A stretch of DNA of 64,000 nucleotides. Source: Okamejei kenojei. Taxonomy: Eukaryota. The notes beneath the pieces are model-generated. The model worked only from the letters and a program-made list of their open reading frames with translations, did no database searches and had not been told where the DNA came from. The stretch's first letter is position 1; the number at the start of each line of letters is the position of its first letter. Shown here piece by piece: positions 12,780-24,365 of this stretch. A program made the translations under genes and the position numbers. Location: positions 5,642,001-5,706,000 of the forward strand of contig CM069154.1 in NCBI GenBank assembly GCA_035221665.1, in the 5' to 3' direction.

Positions 12780-15340
12780 TTTGGAAAAGATACTTGGCGA
12801 ATAAAGTGTGATTCTGATTCTGTTCGGCCGACCGTTCGGCCCACCGAGTCCACGCTGACCATCGATCACCCGTTCACACTAGTCCCACGTTACACCACTT
12901 TTGCATGCACTCCCTACACATTGAGTGAAATTCGACAAGAGGGCCAATTAACCAACAGAGCCACACGTCTTTGAGATGTGGGAGGAAACCGGAGAACCCA
13001 GAGGAGACCCACGCGGTCACAGGGAGAACGTGCAAACTCCACACTGATAGCGCCGGAGGTCAGAATCGAACCGGGGTCTCTAGGGGTGGTTGCAGTTCCA
13101 CCTACAGCAAACCCAACCCCACAAATATCACCCAGAACAAGCTTCTCCATCACCAGTGTAGCAGCGTGGCAACACAATGCTAGCAACTCACGTCAAAATA
13201 GGTTGAGAACAGGAAGACACAAGGAAGTACAGATGCAGTAATATCTGACAGTCCACTTGGGTAGATTGCAACCCAATGGTGGGAACATTGAATTTTCTAG
13301 TTTTAAGTAACTAACCCACAACAATCCTTTCCCCTAACCTCCGTTCCTTTCCACATATATATATCCTTTTTTCCAGCTTCACATTTCATGCTTCTCTCCA
13401 TATCTCACAGCCTTTTATCTTCTTTCTATTTCTGGCCTTCGTCTACCCATCATCCAATAACCCTCTCTCCCTCACCTGTATCCACCTATCACTTGCCAGG
13501 ATTCATCCTTCCCCCACCTCTCTCCCAGCTTTCTCCCCCCTACTACAATCAGCCTGAAGAAGGGTCCCAACCCAAAACGTCACCTATCCATGTTCTCTGG
13601 AGATGCTGCCTGGCCCATTGAGTTACTCCAGCATTATATGTCTGTTTTTGAGAAATAGGAAGTTGTGAAGTTGATAAGAAGATTTGAACACCAGTGTAAA
13701 TATTTTGAAACCAAGTCATTGTTTCTACTTGTTAGGATTGTTATGACAAAGCAGGGTGGGTTATCAGATCTGTGAGGTGTGGAGAACTGTGGTCAAGTCC
13801 AAATCCACCCACATGTCACAGTGACAGGGTGAAGGGTGAGTGCGGCAGAGCAGGGCGGGGGACTGGCACCAGAGTTAAACTCATAGAGTCATATAGCACA
13901 GAAATAGGCCCTTCGTCCCAACTTGACCATGCTGCTTAGAGATACAGCGTGGAACCTGGCCCTTCGGCCCACCGAGTCCGCACCGAACAGCAATCCCCAC
14001 GCATTAGCACTATCCTACACGCACGAGGGACTATTTACACCTATTCCAACTAACCTATACGTTTTTGGAGTGTGGAAGGAAACTGAAGATCTCGGAGAAA
14101 ACCCAGGTGGTCACGGGGAGAACGTACAAACTCCATACAGACAGCACCCATAGTCGGGATCAAACCCGACAGTAAGCGCTGTAAAGCAGCAGCTCTACCA
14201 CTGCGCCACCGTGCCGCCCTAGTCCACTAGTCCCACTTGCCCGCGTTTGACCCATCTCCTCTTTGTTCTGCCATATATTGGTAAACATCCAGTTTTCAAC
14301 CTCAGTCAGGAAGTAGTGTCTCGGCCGGAATACAAACATGCACTTTTTGCCTCCACAGATGCTGCTTGACCCGTTGAGATTTTCAGGTGTTCTGCCTATT
14401 GTTCCAGATTCTAGTATATGCAATCTCCTTTGTCTTCTCCCTCACACAACCCTAATCCTACCTCAACAATGTTATCTCACAGAAGCTGATGGGTACATGG
14501 AAGGAGCACGTCCAGAGGAGGTAGTGGGGACGGGTACTATTAACAACATTTAAAAGCATTAGGACATGGTACGTGGATAGGAAAGGTTTGTAGGGACAGG
14601 GGTCAAATGCAGGCCTGGTTTTTATGGTGGTGCAGCTGTAGAGTTGCTGCCTTACATTGCATAACAGCAGCAATACCCGGGTTCAATCCCGGCTTCAGGT
14701 GCTTGGCTGTACATAGTTTTCTCCGAGAACTTCAGTTTCCTCCCACCCTCCAAAGATGTACAGGTTTATAGGTTAATTGGGTTGGTGTAAATGTAAACAT
14801 TTGTGTTGCTGTGCGGGGATCACTGGATGGTGCGGACACGGTGGGTCAGAGGGCCTGTTTCCGCAATGTATCTCTAAACTAAACTAAACGAAAGAGGGAC
14901 TAGCGTACATGGGGCATCTTGATCGGCATTGGCAAGCTGTTTCCGTGCTGTATCACTCTACGATTTTATGAATCACATCCTCAAACTAAGCTTTACCCGG
15001 TCTCCGATGCTCAAATATGTGAATTGTCCTTCAAGCAGTTTATCTGGTGACATGAGTTGACTTATCTGATAACATTTGACAATAGACAATAGACAATAGG
15101 TGCAGGAGTAGGCCATTCGGCCCATCGAGCCAGCACCACCATTCAATTTGATCATCCAGAATCAGTACCCCATTCCTGCCTTATCCCCATATCCCTTGAC
15201 TCTGCTATCTTTAAGAGCTCTACCTAGCTCTCTCTTGAAAGTATCCAGAGAACCGGCCTCCACCGCTGTCTGAGGCAGAGAATTCCACAGACTAACAACT
15301 CTCTGTGAGAAAAAGTGTTTCCTCATCTCTGTTCCATTGG
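12780..15340. repeat. Repeat-dense spacer between the inverted arms: SINEs (~12820-13090 -, ~13880-14215 -, ~14625-14890 +), PLE fragments and a CR1 tail (~15080-15315)
   Basis: SINE head gtggcgcagtggtagagctgctg; PLE motif gatgctgcctg..gagttactccagca; CR1 tail aatagac repeats. Boundaries approximate. Confidence 0.65.
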
Positions 15341-16194
15341 TGTCTTTTTTCTCCTGGGTAACATTTCAACACATGAGAAGCTGAGGAAGGCTGGACAAAT
15401 TAGTGACGCGCATTTTGAGGTGGGTAAACAGTTCACAAATTCACACGTTCCAGAAGTAGAATTTGGCCATTCGGCCCATCGAGTCTACTCCGCCATTCAA
15501 ACATGGCTGATCTCTGCCTCCTAATCCCATAGAAGTTCAGACACAGTGTGCCTGCATTTGGGGGACGGGGTTGAGGAGGTGGGCAAGGGAATGTCTGAGG
15601 TGGTGGACAGAGCACCAGTCAAGCAGACAAACATCACCAGGATGAAGCCGAGGTTCGAGGAGATGCTCCAATCAGGCTACAGGAGAGTGTTGCAGCGCAC
15701 TCCTGATAGGTGCATTGTCCGTGGTGAGGAGGCTGGGGGAGGTGGCAAGTGAGTCACCAAGTTAGTCTTGAACCACTGCAAAGTCAATTCCTGAGTAAAC
15801 GGAAATTGACTGTTTGACTTCTGTTGTGAATGAGGAAGAGGACAACTCAAACGCAGTGCAGGGTCCAAACCGATCCAACACAGCCAAGACATGGCGGTGG
15901 GACAGGGAGAATTCACCCACCAGAAACGGCCCAGATCCAGGGGAACAGTCGCTCTGTTGGTTCTTGTCGCTGTTGGTCTCACACCAGGTAAATCGTTGTT
16001 TTACAAAATGCTCTGTTCTTTAGAATTATTTACCAGCGCCTTGAATTATTTGCAATCAAGGACCTCTCTGTACTGTGTGGGGAGCTGATGATAAATTGCT
16101 CAACACTCGTTAGTTCCTGTAGAGACTTCCATCAGCGGTTGTTGTCGTGTTGTGTGCAGCCAAATTGCACACAGCTGGCTCCTTGTGGAGAAGG

Positions 16195-16720
16195 CATATA
16201 AGTAAGGAAGTAAGTAAGTTTATTGGCCAATTATTCACATACAAGGAATTTGCCTTGGTGCTCCACCCACAAGTAACAACAACACATACAGTGACAGTTA
16301 CGAATGACTCAGAAAACACTAAACATTAATAATAATAGAATATTAATGATAAAACATGATTGATCAAGCATGCGAACCAACAAAATACCAGATCAAAGGG
16401 AGGCTACAGATTTTTGGCTGTTGAGTAGAGCAACTACTCGTGGATAAAACTGTTTTTATGTCTGGCTGTGGCAGCTTTGACATTCCGGAGTCGCCTTCCA
16501 GAGGGAAGTGATTCAAAGAGTTTGTGGCCAGGGTGAGAGGGGTCAGAGATGATCTTGCCCGCTCGCTTCCTGGCCCTTGCAGTGTACAGTTCATCAATGG
16601 AGGGAAGGTTGCAGCCAATAACCTTCTCTGCTGATCAGACGATTTGCTGCAGCCTCCAGGTGTCGTGCTTGGTGGCTGAGCCAAACCAGACAAGGATGGA
16701 GAAGGTGAGAATAGACTCAC
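16195..16720 (-). mobile_element. Rex1/Babar-type LINE 3' end, present only in copy 2
   Basis: Minus-strand peptide SILTFSILVWFGSATK..KVIGCNLPSIDELYTARARKRAGKIISDPSHPGHKLFESLPSGRR..NSFYP, followed by an aataaa/(ttac)n tail. Paralogous units lack it. Confidence 0.8.
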
Positions 16721-17491
16721 TATCTACAGCTTGCCTTGCCTTGTGGACCTCACTAAAACTTACCAAATAGTGAAAGGCCTGGATAGAGTGGATGGGGTGA
16801 GGATGTTTCCACTAGTGGGATAGTCTAGAACCAGAGGTCACAGCCTCAGAATTAAAGGATGTTCCTTTAGGAAGGAGATGAGGAGGAATTTCTTTAGTCA
16901 AGGGAGGTGAAAATGTGGAATTCATTGCCGCAGAATGCTGTGGAGGCCGTCAATAGATATTTCTAAGGCAGAGATAGATAGATTCTTGATCAGAACTGGC
17001 GTCAGGAGTCCTGGGAAGAAGGCAGGAGGATTGAGTTGAGAGGGAAAGGTAGATCAGCCATGATTGAATGGAGTGGATTAGACTTGATAGGCCAAATGGC
17101 CTAATTCTGCTCCTAGTACTAATGAACTTATGATCTGTTCTTCAGAATTATTTACTAGCACCTTGAATTATTTTGAGCCACAGAGCAGACTACTGGGCTA
17201 CGAGCTGCTAAAGATAAAGTGCTTGCAGACTTGTTCTTTCCTGCACAAATGACTGTTGTGTAGCTGTGTGCAGCCAAATTGCACACAGCTAACTCCCTGT
17301 AGAAAATGACCTGACAGCTGGCCTTGTTGATCTTGGGTGTAGGGGTAACTCTTGCCCCCCAGAACAGAGAGTTTGCTCCTCTATTCTGGTGCAAACTATC
17401 TCCACGTGAACTTTCTCAGTGCCTTGACAGCAGATCAGCTAAATGCTTTAACCCTTGCATATCTCTTGACTTCCTCCCCTCCCTGACTCTT

Positions 17492-17525
17492 GGTCTGAAG
17501 AAGGGTCTCGACCTGAAACGTCACC
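17492..17525 (+). ncRNA. Minimal type I hammerhead ribozyme motif in a Penelope-like terminal repeat fragment
   Basis: GGT CTGAAGA(17495-17501) AGGGTCTCGACCT GAAA(17515-17518) C GTC ACC. Confidence 0.6.
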
Positions 17526-19019
17526 CATTGCTTCTCTCCAGAGATGCCGCCTGACCCGCTGTGTTACTCCAGCATTTAGTGTCTATCAAAGACACATGGC
17601 ACTCCCTCCACATTCAAAGAAAAAACCTGTGAAAGCCAGCCATTGGGAACGGGCAGGCATCTCAAATGAGGAAGCACCAGAGTGACTGTCTAATTTAGCA
17701 TTTGGAGAAGTTGTGGTAATCTCCCCCTTCTGAGAAATAACAGCTGAATTACAACAGACTGCTGCTCGAGCTGTTCTTCACACTGTGCTTTCCCCATCCT
17801 CTGAGTTCTCCTTCAAGGCATTTGTCTTGTGGCTTGTGAGCAGACCTGGACTGATCTGATCATATGTCTCCAGCCCAGCTCCTGAATCTGCAGAGTTTCA
17901 CATGTGTTAGAGTTATAGAGTGATACAGTGTGGAAACAGGTCCTTCGGCCCAACTTGCCCACACCGGCCAACATGTCTCAGCAACACTAGTCCCACCTGT
18001 GTCCACGTTTGGTCCATATCCCTTGAAACCTATCCTATCCATGTACCTGTCTAACTGTTTCTTAAATGATGGGATAGTCCTTGCCTCAACTACCTCCTCT
18101 GGCAGCTTGTTCCATACACCCACCACCCTTTGTGTGAAAAAGACACCTCATGATTATTCCAGGGGGATGTGGAGTTTGAAACATCAGTGGCAGATCCAGC
18201 TTCCACCACAGGCTGGGAAGTTTAGTTCAATGTGGCACAAAGTGCTGGCATAACTCAATAGGTCCAGAGATGTTGCCTGACCAGCTGAGTCACCACTGGC
18301 ACCACAGGCAACTGGCTATTCAGCTTTAGTAAAGCACAAAGTGCTGGAGTAAGGCAGCAGGTCAGGCAGCATCTATGGAGATCGTGGATGGGTGGCGTTT
18401 TGGGTTGAGACCTGAATAAGGGGTAGGCCAGATGAGGAAAAACCTTTTCACCCAGAGTTGTGAATCTGTAGAATTCTCTGCCACAGAGGGCAGTGCAGGC
18501 CAATTCACTGGATGTATTCAAGAGAGAGTTAGATATAGCTCTTAGGGCTAATGGAATCATATGATATGGGGAGCAAGCAGAATGGGGTACTGATTTTGGA
18601 TGATCAGCCATGATCATATTGAATGGCAGTTCTGGCTCGCAGGGCCAAATCGCCTACTCCTGCCCCAATTTTCTATGTTTATATGTTTTTATGAATCGTC
18701 ACCTGTCCACTTTCTCCAGAGATAGTTCCTGTCCCATCGAGTTACTCCAGCTCTTTGAGTCTGTCTTTGGTGTAAACCAGCACCTGCAGTTCCTTGCTAC
18801 ACATGATCTATACAAAACCATGAACCTGCCTGAACAGCACAAATGACATGTTTTTTATTGTTAAACCTCAGCTTGTGTTGCTGCAGTGTGAGTGATCTTG
18901 GTCGCTCTGCACAACCTTGGGCAAACCGAACAACGAAAACAACTTGTTAACGAAGAAACTGCAGATGCTGGAGAATCGAGGGTTACACAAAATGCTGGAG
19001 AAACTCAGCGGGGAAACGA

Positions 19020-21305
19020 AAACAACTTAGTGAGAGACTTCACAATGGTAGGGGCAGTAATGTTACGCAAAGGGACCACCTCCGGAAAGCGGGTTGACGC
19101 ACACATAATTGTCAATAAAAACTTGTTGCCCCCCCTTGTCCGAGGTAGAGGACCCACACAATCAATTAGAATCCGACCACAGGGATTGGATATAAATGCG
19201 CAGGAACAATCGATTGGTTTGGCTTTCCTGCCACCTGGCAAATGTGACAACACCTGCAGTGCTGCTTCACGTCCTTTTTCAACCCTGGCCAAAAAGAATT
19301 CCATAAGATACGGTCATACGTCTTATTGACCCCCAAATGTCCACCCAGAGGTCCATCATGAGCCAAACAGAGTATCTCGTCCCTATACCGGCGAGGTATC
19401 ACAATCTGATCAACCATGCTCCAATCATCCTGCCCTGACACATCCAAGGGAGACCACTTTCGCATCAGCAAGCATTTCCTCAGAAAATACACCTTTGATA
19501 AGGAATCCATATCCCCCTCAAGCACCGCACAGTCGAACAGATCTGATAAACCTGGATCACTCTTTTGCTCCTCAACCAGCCGGTCATGTGACAGCGACAC
19601 GGGCACATTTTCAGACAAGACCCCATCTTGAGATGTAGAAACACCCTTCACAACACAGGATTCATCATCCTGATCCCCAAAAATGCTCTCACTCAGGTCC
19701 ACTACATCTTCAACCTTTGCCTGGCTCTTAGCCAGAGCCCTAGTGACAGCATAAGCTCTGAAGACCGTCGGATGTTGCATAGCCAATATATCAGGACTCT
19801 GCACCATCGGAACAGCCGTCACCTCAGGAGTAATGAAAACTCTACCTCCTGCCAAGTCATTCCCCAAAATCACAGAAACTCCCGCAACGGGAAAACACGG
19901 CCGTAACCCATCAATTACCTGGCCTGAAACCAACTCGGACTCGAGACTCACGGCATGCAAAGGCACTACCATGTCCACCAACCCGAATCCTACCACAGGG
20001 ACACTGGACCCAACCGATGACTCCCCAGAAAACGGCAGTACACTATCCAATATAAAGGACTGAGTAGCACCAGTATCACGCAAGATGGATACTGGAACTC
20101 TATGACCCCCATTCTCTAGAGAAACAAAACCTTTCGTGATGAACGCAGAATAATTCCTACACTCATCAGACGCAGGCATCCCAGGTACCACAGGTGCTCT
20201 TTGTGTACCCACCAAAGCCACAGGCTTTGCATTTTTCCTTTGCAGGACGGGACACGACTTTAAGATGTGCCCGGTCCCTTTATAATAGTAGCACACAGGA
20301 CCTTCCTTAGTCCTGAAATCTCCGTCAACCTTATCAGCTCGGACCTCCCCCTGTATTAATGAGCTGACACTTGCAGGCACAGAAACAGCTTTGGCACTAC
20401 CACCGGTGACACCACCAAGATTAAACGGCCGTGCACCAAAACTATAGGATCGCCCAACAAACTCCATTTTATGAGTCAATACATACTCATCTACTAACGG
20501 GAGGCATTCAATTCCTTCTCCTGCCGCTCAAGGCATTCCATTTCAAGCATGATCTCTTTCTCTCAAGGCCCTCTCTTTTTTCCTTTCAAGCTCTGATTGG
20601 AGCATGAGCTCTTTCTCTCTCATTTCATGCTCTTTCTCTCTTAAGGCTCTCTCCTCCTTTTTCATTTCAAGCTCTAACTCCATCTTTTTCATTTCAAGCT
20701 CTAACTCCTTCAATCGAATGAGGTCCCCCATGTCCTGACCAGGCTGTGTAGAAGATAGAGGACTGTCTGCACCAGCAGACAATACCCCATTCCTCACCAA
20801 TGCAGACCATAACTCTGACTTTATAGCCTCTTTCTTCAAATGCTTAACAATAGGCACCTTATAGGTCTCTGCCAGCATAAACAAATGCTCCTTCATACAT
20901 TTATCAAACAACTCCCGACTAGGAGCCTCAGTAAAGTGCTCCACTTTAAACTCCATATTAAATGTAGGACCAAACCACCAGCCAAACCCTGGTCACAAAT
21001 GTTACCCAAATGGAAGAGGAAAAAAAATCTCCTCACAACACAGAATTCCTCAGTCACCTCACAACACAGACTTCCTCAGTCACCTGAAGCCTACCAAAAA
21101 AAAACCCAAGACTGTTTAGGGTCCTCAAAGCTTAGGACGAGCCTCCGATGAGTCACCCGTCACCTGATGCAGCTTGGCCAATCGGGTACAGGAGCCCTTA
21201 ACCCCTTGATTCCTGACTCCCAGCCTCGGGGCCTGCACTCAGGAGAGAAACAGAAGAGTTAAGTACATAGCATTCACCAGAGGGGGGGGGGGGGAGTACC
21301 TAACA
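19020..21305 (-). mobile_element. Gmr1-like Ty3/Gypsy LTR retrotransposon, 3'-truncated (short LTR 21305-21149, PBS, gag, protease, integrase)
   Basis: LTR TGTTAGG...GACTCA is followed by TCGGAGGCTCGTCC, a degenerate tRNA-Pro PBS. Gag N-terminus 20956-20543; knuckle CYYYKGTGHILKSC; protease LRDTGATQSFI; integrase H2C2 AHD..GHLG..CHICQ and core IDCVGPLP directly follow the protease with no RT between. Confidence 0.88.
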
Positions 21306-22715
21306 AAGGGGAATAACTGGACCCGAGGAGGTGAGGGGAGATTTGGGTCAGTCGGTCACTGTGGAATGTCGGTATGGTCAGGAATCCAGTGAACCAAGGG
21401 AGAACATCGATGACTGATAACAAAACAGAACGGATACTTTCAGTAACCATCGACAACCTGGAGAAGAGTGATGTAGGACGCTACTGGTGTGGCATAAACT
21501 TACGATGGAACGTCAATCAAAGGATCTCCATCTCATTGAAGGTTTCTGAAGGTACGTTAACGATCTCTCCTCATTCTCCCAGATGTGAAAATTCCATCGT
21601 GGGAATTCCCGGCCTCCGTCCTGATGGTGACTTGGCGCCACATCCCCAGGGGTCTGTGGGGGGGGGGGGGGGGGGGTACGGGGGACCCGCTGCATGGGGC
21701 CACACCAAGAGCCCACTGTGCTTTCAGACATTTAATGTTCAAAAACTTCATTCACTTTATCTCCACAAGGGTCTCAAACAAGCCGCCCGGACATGGTCAT
21801 CACCACCTCTACAACAATAAGCACAAGGGCTCTGACCCCGCCTCAAGATGCACCAACCACCGAGGCAGCTAGTTCCTCTTGTTTCACTACTTCCAAACAG
21901 GTTATTAACTCGAAGAGCCAACTCAGCCTCACCTGAGAACAAATTAGTTAAGTTCAGCTCAGCTCAGTTAAACGATACAGCGTGGAAATGGACCCTTTGG
22001 CTGCCGAGACTGCTCTGAGCAGCGATCACCCCATACACCAGTGCTGTTCTACACACTAGGGGTAATTTACTACAAACCCGCACGTCTTTGGGATGTTGGA
22101 GTAAACTGGAGAACCCAGAGAAAACTCTTGCGATCACATGGAGAACGTACAAACTCTGCTCTGACAGCACCAGTAGTGAGGATCGAACCCGGGTCTCCTA
22201 CGCTGTGAGGCAGCAACTCTACCGCTGCGCTGACATCTCAATGGACGAGCCTCATGTCTAGATCAAGGGGCTTGGTCCATCTATGGTGGCCTAGGAAGGA
22301 TCCTTGCTCAAATCTCTGGATTGGGATTCGAACCAAGAATCTCCCCACACAGAGCAAGAGCGCTCCCAACTGATTCATCTCACACACATCACTAAAGTGG
22401 CACAGAACGTGCTTTTAAACATTTAATGTTCAAAGACTTTACTTTATCTTCACAAGGGTCCCAAACATGACTCAAAGGACCAACTCAGCCTTGCACAGCT
22501 TCACCACAGTGTCAACGGCTGAAGCGAGCAGCCCATGATTAACAAGAAGGGTAAATACAATCAGCGAGTTTACTGGAGATCGCCGTGGGTTATTGTTACT
22601 TACTATATAACAACAGATATTCCCTCCCTCACACATTGTTCAAAAATCATCTTCGTTCCAATCTCCACAGCCTGATCTTCCTCTCCTGCTGCTGTCCTGG
22701 AAGAGTACAGACCAG
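21306..22715 (+). pseudogene. CD300/pIgR-like receptor copy 2, pseudogene (V remnant 21306-21551, stalk 21770-21900, 99-nt exon-like segment 22617-22715; TM exon deleted)
   Basis: The V acceptor is replaced by the Gypsy insertion. A ~71-nt deletion removes strands C-C'' and shifts the frame. The stalk is 131 nt instead of 142. The TM exon was lost in the deletion joining DIRS #2 to Tc1. Confidence 0.88.
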
Positions 22716-23634
22716 GTGGACTTTGCTACATCAGGAGAGGGCAGCATTCCTGCTGCCTGACCCGCTGAGTTACTCCAGCATTTTGTGACCATCTGCAACC
22801 TTTCTCAGTTGTGAAAGTTTGAGTAGAGGGGAAACGGATCCTGTTGTCTGTAAAATCAGTCCCAGTACTTTGAGAAAGTGTGGCTGATCACATTCCAGTC
22901 CATTGATAAATACTCCTTGGCCCTGACTAAAGTCCCTCTGTCGTTAGTACACCCAGTGGCCCTACCATTGTGAATCTCCACCCTTATTTGATGCCAAAAA
23001 CAAATAACTTCACACTTATCACAGTTCAATACCTGCTGGCATTGCTCTGCCCAACATACCAGTTGCTTCTTATCCCTCTGTGGTCTGTGGTCTATGATTA
23101 TTGTACTATCCAAAATGATACAATTTTACTTCGGATTCACATGAGTGACTACGTGAAGAACCCCGTACAGCCATTCGTGCGTCATTGCATCAGACGCTTT
23201 CGTGCAGACGACTGTGGAGCAGCGCAGCTCCTCCAACGGTAAGTCAAAAAAGTTTCAGGTAAGCGCTATTCCTTACCTGTTGTAGGTCTCCTGCAGGAAC
23301 CTCCGAGGTTTTTGCGGGATGGTCGCGAGGCCGACGAGTGAACCAGCCTAGGGCTTTGGGGGAAAACCCTGGCCCGACCGCGGAAGCGGAGAGCTGGGTA
23401 TGTCGGGTTCGCGATTGGGATCACTGATAACGTGGTCAGTGACTCCACACGTTGGGTTCTCGGGGAGGGGATACCCGAGAATAGTGCGGTTCCAGACCGC
23501 AGTAGTCCCTAAGGTATGGGGCTTAACTGACCTGAACGGTTCCCAGACCGCAGTGGTCCCCAAGAATTGGGGTTTAATTCACATAAATGATTAGCCCGGG
23601 TGCCGGGAGGGTACCGCGGGGGAATCAATATAAA

Positions 23635-23635
<1 letters not shown>

Positions 23636-23704
<69 letters not shown>

Positions 23705-23715
23705 TATATTTATAT
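23636..23715. repeat. (TA)n microsatellite inside DIRS #2
   Basis: Near-pure TA run of about 80 bp. Confidence 0.95.
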
Positions 23716-23888
23716 TGATTCCCGGGGAGGGGAAATTCACTTATGGGGTTCCCAACCCACAATAATCCGCAGGATATGGGGACAGCTGAAAAAATAGTCA
23801 GTGTAATTAGGAAAGATTTGGTAGGTTTCGCCTGTGGGAATGAATTTAGAGACACTCCTTCAGCGGGAGTTGGATCAGCAGTAAAGTT

Positions 23889-24365
23889 TATGGCAGTGTC
23901 AGCCTATTGCAGAGGCTGTGCCAGCAGCACCTTTGGGAAGGGCTGCTTCATGGGGATGCCAAGTTATGGCAGTGCCAGCCTATGGGAAAGGTTGTGCCAG
24001 CAGTACCTTTGTTCAGGACTGCTCATGTGGATGCCAAGCTATGGCAGGCTAGCCTATTGGAGAGGCTGTGCCAGCAGCACTTTTGCTCAGGGCTGCTCAT
24101 GGGGATGCCAAACTATGGCAGGCACGCCTATTGCAGAGGCGGTGCCAGCAGTACCTTTGCTCAGAACTGCTCCAGGGGAATGCCAAGTTATGGCAGGTTA
24201 GCCTATTGGAGAGGTTATGCCAGCAGCACCTTTGCTCAGGGCTGCTTCATGAGAACGCCATGTCTATGGCAAACACTGGCCTATGGGAAAGGCCGCGCCA
24301 GCAGCACCTTTGTTCAGGGCTGCTTCATGGGCGCCAGCGGTACCTTCTTCAGGGCTGCTTTATGG
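23889..24365 (+). repeat. Tandem array of 74-76 bp hairpin-rich units (6 full plus 1 partial) inside DIRS #2
   Basis: The anchor TATGGCA recurs at 23889, 23965, 24040, 24114, 24189 and 24265. Confidence 0.92.

Noticed and set aside
23889-24365. CRISPR array
   Set aside because: Whole units are homologous with no unique spacers, there are no cas genes, and the context is vertebrate.
23889-24365. tRNA gene cluster or repeat-protein ORFs (23743-24379)
   Set aside because: No acceptor stem, T-loop consensus or Pol III boxes. Unit lengths of 74-76 shift the frame, so the ORFs are by-products.
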